Of a DNA stretch of 49,933 nucleotides, positions 25,778 through 33,676 are shown piece after piece (within the stretch, counting starts at the first letter, position 1; each line of letters starts with the position of its first letter). The stretch comes from a virus. Taxonomy: Duplodnaviria > Caudoviricetes. Under the pieces are notes generated by a model. The model did not search any database and was not told the origin of the DNA. It worked only from the letters and a program-made list of their open reading frames with translations. The stretch spans positions 1 to 49,933 of the IMG/VR virus record IMGVR_UViG_3300037483_000858; one strand, given 5' to 3'. The position numbers and the translations under genes are program-made.

Positions 25778-27861
25778 CCACCTGCCACATCGACTTCGAG
25801 ACGCGCAGCGCTGTCGACCTGAAGAAGTCCGGCGCGCACGCTTATGCCGAGGACGAATCGACGGCGGTGTGGTGTGTGGCCTACGCCTTCGGTGACGGTC
25901 CGGTCGAGCTGTGGAAGATGGGCGAGACCTGCCCGCCGGCGATCGCCGAGCACGTCGAGAGCGGCGGCATCTTCGTTGCCCATAATTCCGCTTTTGAGCG
26001 GCAAATTTGGAAATACGTGCTGCACGAGCGCCAGGGGTGGCCCCTGCCCACCATCAAGCAATGGCGCTGCACCATGGCGATGGCATATGCGATGGCGCTG
26101 CCTGGCTCGCTGGAGAACGCCGCGGCGGCCATGGGGCTGGCCGACGGCAAGGACATGTCCGGCCACCGGGTGATGATGCAGCTGGCACGGCCGCGCAAGG
26201 TCGACCCGGTGAGCGGCGCCATTACCTGGTGGGATATCCCTGAGAAGCTCGAGACGCTCTACGCCTACTGCAAACAGGACGTGGTGACCGAGCGCGCGCT
26301 GGAGAAGCGTCTGGTGCCGCTCAGCGACTTCGAGCAGCGGCTGTGGTGGCTCGACCAGGTCATCAACGACCGCGGCGTCCATGTCGACGTGGCGCTGTGC
26401 GAGGCCGCGACGAAGGTCGTCAAGCACGTCACCGAGAAGCTCAACGCCGAGATGCGCGAAGTGACCGACCGCGAGGTCAGCGCTTGCACCAACACCAACC
26501 AGATTGCGACCTGGCTGCGCAGCCGCGGTCTCGAAGACACCGAATCGATAGCGAAAGACATCGTGGTCGAACTGCTCGCCCGGGACGATCTCGCCGATGA
26601 CGTGCGGCGCGTGCTGGAGTTGCGGCAGGAAGCCGCCAAGGCAAGCGTCGCCAAGATCAACGCGCTGATGAACGGGCGCTCGACCGATGGTCGTGCGCGC
26701 GGCCTGCTGCAGTACAGCGCCGCCTCCACGCGGCGGTGGGGCGGCCGGCGCTTCCAGCCGCAGAACATCAAGCGGCCGGAGCTCGACGACATCGACGAGG
26801 CGATCGAGGCGGTGATGACCGGCAACGCCGACATCGTCGACATGCTGTTCGGTCCTCCGCTGTCGGTGGTCGGCGACTGCCTGCGCGGCATGGTCGCGGC
26901 GCCCAAGGGACGCAAGATCATCGCCGCCGACTTCGCCAACATCGAAGGCAGGGTGGCCGCATGGCTGGCCGGCGAACAGTGGAAGCTGGATGCCTTCCGT
27001 GCCTACGACGCCGGCAACGGGCCCGACCTCTACAAGGTGGCCTACGGCCGCTCGTTTGGTGTGCCGACCGACAGCGTCGACAAGTCGCAGCGCCAGGTCG
27101 GCAAGGTGCAGGAGCTCGCGCTTGGCTATCAGGGCGGGGTGATGGCGTTCTCGTCGATGGCCAAGATTTACGGCGTGAAGATCGGTGAGAGCTACACGCA
27201 GCTGTGCTCCTCGGCGGATCCCGTTGTCTACGACAAGGCGCACGAGGCGTGGGCGAGCCGGGGCCGCGGCAGTGGCGTGTCGCAGCATAGCTGGATCGCC
27301 GCCGAGATGGTCAAGCTGGCGTGGCGCGACGCACACCCGCGCGTCGTCCGGACATGGTACGACATCGAGGACGCGGCGGTGCAGTCGGTGCGGAGCCCCG
27401 GCGAGACGGTGGCGTGCGGCCGGCTCAGGTTCAAGACGGTCGGCATGGTCGACGGCCGCCCGTTCCTGGCGATGGGCCTGCCGGGCGGTGGCGTGCTCTG
27501 GTATCCCTACGTCGAGATCGAGCAGACGGTGACGCCGTGGGGCCAGACGAAGCCGCTGGTCACCTTCCGTGGCGTCGACACCTACACCCGCAAGTGGGGC
27601 CCGACCACCACCTACGGCGGCAAGCTGTTCGAGAACGCGGTGCAGGCGGTCGCACGCGACGTGCTGGCCGCGGCGATGGTGCGGCTGGAGAAGGCGAACT
27701 ACCCGATCGTGCTGACCGTCCACGACGAGTGTGTGTCCGAGGTCGACGACGGATTCGGCTCGGTCGACGAGTACTGCGAGATCATGCGCGAGGTGCCGGA
27801 CTGGCTCGATGGCTGTCCGATCGCGGCTGAGGGATGGGCTGGGATCCGCTACCGTAAATAG
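25774..27861 (+). CDS. polA: Family A DNA polymerase with 3'-5' exonuclease
   Basis: IDFETRS, AHNSAFE, YCKQDV; motif A ADFANIEGR, motif B RQVGKVQELALGYQGG, motif C TVHDE. Confidence 0.95.
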   Translation: MTTCHIDFETRSAVDLKKSGAHAYAEDESTAVWCVAYAFGDGPVELWKMGETCPPAIAEHVESGGIFVAHNSAFERQIWKYVLHERQGWPLPTIKQWRCTMAMAYAMALPGSLENAAAAMGLADGKDMSGHRVMMQLARPRKVDPVSGAITWWDIPEKLETLYAYCKQDVVTERALEKRLVPLSDFEQRLWWLDQVINDRGVHVDVALCEAATKVVKHVTEKLNAEMREVTDREVSACTNTNQIATWLRSRGLEDTESIAKDIVVELLARDDLADDVRRVLELRQEAAKASVAKINALMNGRSTDGRARGLLQYSAASTRRWGGRRFQPQNIKRPELDDIDEAIEAVMTGNADIVDMLFGPPLSVVGDCLRGMVAAPKGRKIIAADFANIEGRVAAWLAGEQWKLDAFRAYDAGNGPDLYKVAYGRSFGVPTDSVDKSQRQVGKVQELALGYQGGVMAFSSMAKIYGVKIGESYTQLCSSADPVVYDKAHEAWASRGRGSGVSQHSWIAAEMVKLAWRDAHPRVVRTWYDIEDAAVQSVRSPGETVACGRLRFKTVGMVDGRPFLAMGLPGGGVLWYPYVEIEQTVTPWGQTKPLVTFRGVDTYTRKWGPTTTYGGKLFENAVQAVARDVLAAAMVRLEKANYPIVLTVHDECVSEVDDGFGSVDEYCEIMREVPDWLDGCPIAAEGWAGIRYRK

Positions 27862-27863
27862 GC

Positions 27864-27905
27864 TGGCTTTCCTGTAGCTTCTTCGGTAGAATGTCGCTCG
27901 ACATT
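27864..27905 (+). promoter_or_regulatory. Promoter TGGCTT-N17-TAGAAT followed by palindrome AATGTCG-CT-CGACATT
   Basis: Perfect 7-bp-arm palindrome at 27890-27905 over the predicted start site. Confidence 0.55.
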
Positions 27906-27925
27906 TTCCCTCGAGGAGCACCCCC

Positions 27926-28225
27926 ATGGGCGAGACCAGCTACCGACTCGGCGCCACGACCAAGGTCAGCCTGTCGACCAACAGTGCCAAGACCACCGGG
28001 CTGAACGCAGCGCCTGGCCGCGGCCACCGCACCTTCCGCCTGTGGTCCGACGTCGACTGCTTCATCAGGACCGGATCCTCGCCGACCGCAGTCGCCGATG
28101 CGCCCAGCACGCCACTGACCGCCAAGATCGCCGAGTATGTCGATCTGCGGTCGGACGAGGACGTCGCCGGCATCGTGGCGAGCTCGACCGGCAATCTCTA
28201 CGTCACCGTCTGTACCAAGGGCTGA
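27926..28225 (+). CDS. Small beta-rich putative virion protein (spike base/adaptor)
   Basis: RBS GAGGAG; jelly-roll-like composition; precedes a long fibre-like gene. Confidence 0.55.
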   Translation: MGETSYRLGATTKVSLSTNSAKTTGLNAAPGRGHRTFRLWSDVDCFIRTGSSPTAVADAPSTPLTAKIAEYVDLRSDEDVAGIVASSTGNLYVTVCTKG

Positions 28226-28229
28226 CCGA

Positions 28230-30458
28230 ATGCCGACACTGGCATCGCCGGGGCGGCTGATGGGGGCGCGTAGCTCCGGCGAAGGCGTTGCCGCCGCCAC
28301 CCTGCCGCTCAGTGCCGTCACGGTACGTGCCGATGGCGAGTCCGTATCCCTGACCCTTGGGGATTCCAAGGACGGCGGCACATGGGCCGGGCTCAACGAT
28401 CACACCGACCCCAGCCTTGCCCTGACCGTCACGTCGAAAAGCTGGACCGATGCCGGGGTTGAAACCACGCTGGAACGCACCGTCTACGCGACCAAGGTGC
28501 GCCGCAAGCCCTACCCTGATCATGCAACGATCGAGGAAACCGAGTCCGGCGCCGATCTCAACGTGATCCTGATGCTGTCGGACTATATTCATTCCGGCGA
28601 GACGGTCACATGGTCGGCCGCCGAGGCGCTGTACACCGACGACGGCACGGGCGGGTCGACCGACGCTAACACGGCACAGACCGGATCAGTCACCAACAGT
28701 TCCGCGCTTGAGTATCCACTCCCGATCGGCATGTGGCTGACGCCGGACAAGGACTGGTGCGAGGCCGATACTTACACCGCCCGGATCGGCGTTGCGCATC
28801 AATTCTTCCGGTCTGGCCAGACGGTCCGAGCGGTCAAGTTCATCGCCACCGACGAGTCCGCCAATTCCGCGTCGGCCATCGCCACGTCGATGTCCAAGGT
28901 CAGCTACACCGGTTCCGGCTTGAGCGGATCGTGCTTTGAGGCGGCGCTCGACTTCACCGGCCTGACGCAAGGCGATATGGTCACGCTCGACGCCATCATT
29001 TACCCGTGGGTCGGCGATGCCTACCAGATCAGCGTTGACGGGGTGAGTTATCCCAGCCCGAACCTGACGACGCGGCTGGTGCTCAACGACCGCACCGGGG
29101 CCTATGGCAAGGTCTATGCCTATGTCGATGGGACCGGCGGCTCACCCGCTGTGCATGAAACGGCCGCGACGGCAGCCACCACGCCCTACGACACCATCGC
29201 CAATGCGGCGGCTGGCTTGCAGACCTACATCAACGCCAATTTCAGCCGCAACAACGTCTCCGGCGGCATCATCCGACTGACCGCGACCAGTCACACGCAT
29301 TCGACCTATTCGGCCCGTGCGGTGGGGGATATCCCCCTGATCATCGAGGCGGCCGATGCCGGGAACAAAGCGACCACGATCTATCAGGACAGTGGGGCGA
29401 ACGCTTTCAACTCCATCCCAGACCTGTTGCGGATCAGGAATGTCACGCTCAAGAAGACCGCTGCTTCAATAACATTCCTCGACAGCAACGCCACCAATAA
29501 CGGCGATTTCCGGCTGACACTGGAAAACTGCGCCTTCAATATCAACGGCCAGACGCTCTATAAGGCGTGGATAAATCTGGTTGGGCATCTCGACCTGATC
29601 AACTGTGACGGCGATGACATCGGGCAGGGCGCATACCTTTCGAACGACAACTACAAGCAGACCAACGCATGGGGGTCGTCCGCCGGATCGGTAGGTGGCG
29701 CGACATTCAACGCTTTTGCTTGCAAGGCGCTAAACGGGGTGATCAATCCGGGCGTTGCCACAGGAATGCAGACCCCGGTGGGGACGTTCCTGGGTTTCTC
29801 GCACATCGCGTCTCCGACCAACGCGCAGATCATCGTAGCCTACGAAAAGGTCATAACCGCCGCCGGGTTTGGTATGCTCGGCAACGTGTTCGAACAGTAC
29901 GGCGGTGCGACGGGACCGGTGATGCAAATCTCGGGGTCGGCCACACTGACCGCCGAGAACGTGCTCGACATCGCCAACACCTGGGTCGGAGCCCGCACCA
30001 TCTTCCTCTACAACGAGACCTCGGTTCAGACGCAGGTCAAGCGCGGCATTACCTCGCTGTCGGTCCACAACACATGGAACAGCAAGTCCGACGTGTTCGC
30101 GACCGATGGTGCCTGCATCGGCAACTGGGGTGTAGTCAACCGCGTCGGATCGTTGTTCCGGGCGCTGCTGCGCGGCGGTGACGACGCGACGGCCATCGGC
30201 TCGCCAGGCGCATGGGCAGGCGAACTGGTAGCACGCGGTGATGTCACCGGATCGGTCGGCACGCCGCTTGTCGCGGACTGGACCGACGACCAGAGCTTTA
30301 CCGTCGCCGGCACCGGCAATGGCGATTACACACCGGGGGCGAGCACGGCACTTCCGCAGGTTCCGGCAGGCATGACGGCATTCCCATTCGACCAGAAGGG
30401 CCGCGCGGTTCCCACGGGCGGCACGGCTTATGTCGGGGCGATTCAGAAGGCGGCATGA
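28230..30458 (+). CDS. Putative head fibre/tailspike (742 aa, beta-helix-like C-terminal half)
   Basis: Thr/Gly/Ala/Asn-rich; AYVDGTG...PYDTIANA motif at the start of a likely parallel beta-helix; C-terminal DQKGR....YVGAIQ. Confidence 0.6.
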   Translation: MPTLASPGRLMGARSSGEGVAAATLPLSAVTVRADGESVSLTLGDSKDGGTWAGLNDHTDPSLALTVTSKSWTDAGVETTLERTVYATKVRRKPYPDHATIEETESGADLNVILMLSDYIHSGETVTWSAAEALYTDDGTGGSTDANTAQTGSVTNSSALEYPLPIGMWLTPDKDWCEADTYTARIGVAHQFFRSGQTVRAVKFIATDESANSASAIATSMSKVSYTGSGLSGSCFEAALDFTGLTQGDMVTLDAIIYPWVGDAYQISVDGVSYPSPNLTTRLVLNDRTGAYGKVYAYVDGTGGSPAVHETAATAATTPYDTIANAAAGLQTYINANFSRNNVSGGIIRLTATSHTHSTYSARAVGDIPLIIEAADAGNKATTIYQDSGANAFNSIPDLLRIRNVTLKKTAASITFLDSNATNNGDFRLTLENCAFNINGQTLYKAWINLVGHLDLINCDGDDIGQGAYLSNDNYKQTNAWGSSAGSVGGATFNAFACKALNGVINPGVATGMQTPVGTFLGFSHIASPTNAQIIVAYEKVITAAGFGMLGNVFEQYGGATGPVMQISGSATLTAENVLDIANTWVGARTIFLYNETSVQTQVKRGITSLSVHNTWNSKSDVFATDGACIGNWGVVNRVGSLFRALLRGGDDATAIGSPGAWAGELVARGDVTGSVGTPLVADWTDDQSFTVAGTGNGDYTPGASTALPQVPAGMTAFPFDQKGRAVPTGGTAYVGAIQKAA

Positions 30459-30670
30459 TGAAAACGCCCGGCGTCACCAAACGCATCCACGCCACGTTGC
30501 GTGAGCGCCGGGGTGAGGTCGTCACGGTCGGTGATCTGATCGAAGCGGCATGGGGTGGTTGCGAGGACGGCGGTCCTGAATGGGCCGATAACTGCCTGCG
30601 CCACTCGATCATGGCCCTGCGCAAGCAAGGCATCCCCATCCGCCGGGTATCCGGCTACACATTGGATTGA
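30455..30670 (+). CDS. Stand-alone winged-helix protein, copy 1
   Basis: EDGGPEW...LRKQGIPIRRVSGYTLD; paralog of the next gene. Confidence 0.75.
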   Translation: MMKTPGVTKRIHATLRERRGEVVTVGDLIEAAWGGCEDGGPEWADNCLRHSIMALRKQGIPIRRVSGYTLD

Positions 30671-30678
30671 ACACTCCA

Positions 30679-30888
30679 ATGGCAACGCCTGTCACCAAAC
30701 GCATCGTGGAAGTGCTGAGAAAGCGCCGGGGAGAGTTCATAGAAACCAACGACCTTCTCAATGCCATCTACGGCGACAGGGAAGATGGCGGCCCCGAATA
30801 CGCCGCGAAAATACTCCACGGCAAGGTTCACTATTTGCGCGCCCAAGGCATCCCGATTCGTCGCGTCTCTGGCTACACGCTGGACTAG
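30679..30888 (+). CDS. Stand-alone winged-helix protein, copy 2
   Basis: EDGGPEY...LRAQGIPIRRVSGYTLD. Confidence 0.75.
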   Translation: MATPVTKRIVEVLRKRRGEFIETNDLLNAIYGDREDGGPEYAAKILHGKVHYLRAQGIPIRRVSGYTLD

Positions 30889-30995
30889 TTGCGAACGATT
30901 CCTAACGCTCAAGATAACGCCCAAAAGCGGTGTAGTTGAGCGTGTAAGCGACACCGATCTGCACGACTTTTCCCTTTATATTCAAGGGCTTTAGC

Positions 30996-31040
30996 TGGTA
31001 CCCCGTAGGGGAATCGAACCCCTGTTTCCGCCGTGAGAGG
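30996..31040 (-). mobile_element. attP: attP core: 3' half of tRNA-Glu(CTC) from the anticodon loop through CCA
   Basis: Reverse complement CCT-CTC-AC-GGCGG-AAAC-AGGGG-TTCGATT-CCCCT-ACGGGGT-A-CCA. No 5' half is present; the integrase lies 0.6 kb away. Confidence 0.88.
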
Positions 31041-31122
31041 ACCGTGTTGTAGCCTGTATGGAAAATATTCGTGAGCAATTTCAATGCTCTCGGACGTTCG
31101 TCGCGCTACAAACTACGGCAAA

Positions 31123-31377
31123 CTACGGCCCCGGATGGGGCGTTACGCCCAAGGATTTGCACCACACTATGTGGGGGCCCAAAGTACGGACGAAGGCGTT
31201 GTCGTACGCCCTGTCGATCTCGCTCCCAAAGGCGCTACATGCCTTCGCCGAACTCCACGCCTTTCTCAGCTCGGCGACCGGCGCTTGCTCCCGCAGCATC
31301 TGTTCGGCGTGCATGCGCCCGCGGGTAGCTGCCCGCGCAATGCGTTCTTCCTTGCGCCAACAATTGAACAGTCTCAT
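31123..31377 (-). CDS. Hypothetical protein (84 aa)
   Basis: RBS GAGGAG. Confidence 0.55.
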   Translation of the reverse strand: MRLFNCWRKEERIARAATRGRMHAEQMLREQAPVAELRKAWSSAKACSAFGSEIDRAYDNAFVRTLGPHIVWCKSLGVTPHPGP

Positions 31378-31389
31378 CGCTCTTCTCCT

Positions 31390-31485
31390 CTACCACCGGC
31401 CCTTCGCCGCTCCGACCGTCCACACTGCGCAGGCCGCGACGAACAGCGCCACCCACAGCCAGCCGGTGTCGGTCCATTCGATCAT
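31390..31485 (-). CDS. Small single-TM protein (31 aa)
   Basis: MIEWTDTGWLWVALFVAACAVWTVGAAKGRW; translated by hand. Confidence 0.4.
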   Translation of the reverse strand: MIEWTDTGWLWVALFVAACAVWTVGAAKGRW

Positions 31486-31490
31486 CCCAT

Positions 31491-31655
31491 CTACCCGATG
31501 ATCGTGATCCTAGGTATCTTGCGCGCCTGAGCGTCTGCAAGCACTTTCAGGAAAGGCTCCGCTGCCTCTCGGTAGCGCCGGTGCAAAGCCGCTAGGCGTG
31601 CTTTGGCTTCCTGTTCTTCCGGGGTATCCGGCCCCCAATCAATCGCCGTGTACAT
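31491..31655 (-). CDS. Hypothetical protein (54 aa, MYTAIDWGPD...)
   Basis: Immediately after the int stop, with a purine-rich RBS. Confidence 0.45.
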   Translation of the reverse strand: MYTAIDWGPDTPEEQEAKARLAALHRRYREAAEPFLKVLADAQARKIPRITIIG

Positions 31656-31666
31656 CTTCATCTTCT

Positions 31667-32728
31667 CTACTCCGCTGCCTGTCCAAGAACCTCGTGCAGG
31701 AACTCCGGGCTGTGGTGCCCGTAGACCCGCTCCACCGTCGCCACCGTGTCACCCAGCAGCTTCGCCACGCTATAGATGCTCTTGTTGTCCTGGAGCAGGT
31801 GGGTGGCGCGGCTGTGCCGCAGGATGTGCGGGTTGCGCTTGTGGCCGAGACCGATCGCCTCGCAGTGCCGGCGAAAGGGTCGGTACATGTCTGTGTGCGT
31901 GCTGAACAGCAGGTCGCTGTCTGTCTCCTCCAGCAGCGCCTCGATGTCTGGCCGGATCTCGTCAAACAGCGGCACCACCGGCCGCCGCTTACAGGTGCGC
32001 CGCATGCCTGGCGGGTGCAGGTTGATCTGCCGGGTCTCCATGTTGATCTGGCCGCGGCGCAGCTTCTCGATCGATCGCCGGCGCGCGGCGGTGTAGTAGC
32101 TGATTCGGATGAAGCGGCGCAGCCGGTCGTCCTCAGCCGTCATCAGCCTGGCGATCTCGTCGCGGGTGTACCACTCGTCATCCCGCAGCGGCTCGCCCTC
32201 ATTGTCGTCCGGCCAGTCGATCGACGGCGCGTCCTTGCGCTCGAGCCGGCGCCACTTGATCGCGTGGTTGGCCGCCGCGCGCAGCGTCACCAGCTCGCGC
32301 CGTATGGTCGCGTCGCTGCCGACCTTGCTCTGGCGCCGCCTGCCGCCGCCGATGCGCCCCGCCCGCCTGGCCTCGGCGTACTGGCTGGTGAGCGGCACGT
32401 CGACGTCGCGGTACTCGGTGCTGCCGAAGAACTCCTTGAGGTGGCCGACGATGTCCTCCTGGCGGCGCACGTCGGCGCAGTTGCGGCGCACATGCTCCTT
32501 CAGGTAGTCGTCGAGCCCTTGGGAGACAGTGAGGTGGCCGCCCCGGTCGGCGAAGACTTCCTGCCCGCCCGAGAGGAAGGCTGCGAAGCGACCTTGTGCT
32601 TCAGCAGCGTCTTTCGTAGCCAGGCTGATGCGCTTGGTTCGACGGGCTTCCTGATCGTACCAGTGGACGTAGAAGGTGCCGCTGCCGTTCTCTTCGAGCC
32701 ACGGGACTTGCTTCGACGGTCGGGCCAT
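31667..32728 (-). CDS. int: Tyrosine integrase
   Basis: N-terminal arm-binding beta domain; catalytic R (TAARR), HILRH, LLGD..RVYGH. Confidence 0.93.
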   Translation of the reverse strand: MARPSKQVPWLEENGSGTFYVHWYDQEARRTKRISLATKDAAEAQGRFAAFLSGGQEVFADRGGHLTVSQGLDDYLKEHVRRNCADVRRQEDIVGHLKEFFGSTEYRDVDVPLTSQYAEARRAGRIGGGRRRQSKVGSDATIRRELVTLRAAANHAIKWRRLERKDAPSIDWPDDNEGEPLRDDEWYTRDEIARLMTAEDDRLRRFIRISYYTAARRRSIEKLRRGQINMETRQINLHPPGMRRTCKRRPVVPLFDEIRPDIEALLEETDSDLLFSTHTDMYRPFRRHCEAIGLGHKRNPHILRHSRATHLLQDNKSIYSVAKLLGDTVATVERVYGHHSPEFLHEVLGQAAE

Positions 32729-32877
32729 ATGCTCTTGAACTCCTCGATCTGCTCAGGTGCGAAGCGGGCGTGGCCGCCGGGCGTGCGGTGCATCGGCGTC
32801 ACGTGGCCGGCGCGCAGGTATCGCTGCAATGTGCGCGGACAGACGCCGATGGCCGCTGCGAACTCACTGAGGGTCAT
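32500..32877 (-). CDS. xis: Excisionase (MerR-like HTH), C-terminal tail overlapping int
   Basis: MTLSEFAAAIGVCPRTLQRY....RTPGGHARF. Confidence 0.8.
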   Translation of the reverse strand: MTLSEFAAAIGVCPRTLQRYLRAGHVTPMHRTPGGHARFAPEQIEEFKSIWPDRRSKSRGSKRTAAAPSTSTGTIRKPVEPSASAWLRKTLLKHKVASQPSSRAGRKSSPTGAATSLSPKGSTTT

Positions 32878-33176
32878 CCCTCGTACTTGCTCTTGAGCCG
32901 GGCCAGCATCTCCAGTTCCCGTGCGGCGATGTGATCCAACTGCGCCTGCCGGGCAGTTTTGCGCTTGGCGGCCTCTTCGTCGGTTTCGGGCCGGCAGTAG
33001 TAGACCTCCACCGTTTCATCCCCGTACTCGTACCCCCGGTCGCTCTCGATCTTGACCGCGGATTTATACTCGTCAGGCACTTCGGCGAAGGCTGCATTCA
33101 GCTCGTCGAGAATACCCTTGAAGTCGCCATTGAGGTCGGAAAACCCCGCGCTGAACAGCGTGACTCGCGTTCGCAT
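32874..33176 (-). CDS. Hypothetical protein (100 aa)
   Basis: RPETDEE..R motif common in phage proteins; coupled start/stop. Confidence 0.65.
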   Translation of the reverse strand: MRTRVTLFSAGFSDLNGDFKGILDELNAAFAEVPDEYKSAVKIESDRGYEYGDETVEVYYCRPETDEEAAKRKTARQAQLDHIAARELEMLARLKSKYEG

Positions 33177-33568
33177 CACCCTTCTCCTTTCACAAGCTGC
33201 ATCACCTTGATCGCCACGGGCCACGGCACCGGCTGGTTAACGCGCAGCCACACCATGTCGTCGCCCATCTCGGTGATCTCGATCGATTTCTGTCCGTTGG
33301 CCACCGGGGATCCGCCGCTGGGCAGCAGATCCTTCGCCTCCATGTCCAGCGCCTTGCACAGCGCATGCAGCGATTCGGTGTAGGGCAGCGTCTTGCCGCG
33401 GACGTATTTCGACACCTGGTCGCGCGTGAATTCCTTCGGCTTGCCGGTGCGCTCGTCGATCGGCATGAACAGCGTCGCCCGGCGGGCAAGCTCGCTCTGG
33501 TTCCATCCCTTCTCGGTCAGCGCATCCCATAGCTTTCTAGCGAATATACGCTTCCTCTCGTCTGACAT
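33176..33568 (-). CDS. XRE-family repressor-like regulator
   Basis: KGWNQSELARR...RDQVSKYVRGKTLP...LCKAL; own promoter. Confidence 0.8.
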   Translation of the reverse strand: MSDERKRIFARKLWDALTEKGWNQSELARRATLFMPIDERTGKPKEFTRDQVSKYVRGKTLPYTESLHALCKALDMEAKDLLPSGGSPVANGQKSIEITEMGDDMVWLRVNQPVPWPVAIKVMQLVKGEG

Positions 33569-33599
33569 TGTCGTCCCTCTCGTCCTCCCTCAGCGCCGC

Positions 33600-33628
33600 A
33601 AACTACGACATAAGAAGCGCGGTGTCAA
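33600..33628 (-). promoter_or_regulatory. Promoter TTGACA-N17-TAGTTT for the repressor-xis-int operon
   Basis: Consensus -35, exact spacing. Confidence 0.7.
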
Positions 33629-33676
33629 ACGTCAATAGGTGAATGTGAAAAGGATTAATGCTCGCATGGCAGGTAG

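Noticed and set aside
30996-31040. Functional tRNA gene
   Set aside because: Only the 3' half is present (no D-arm or 5' acceptor strand); interpreted as attP.
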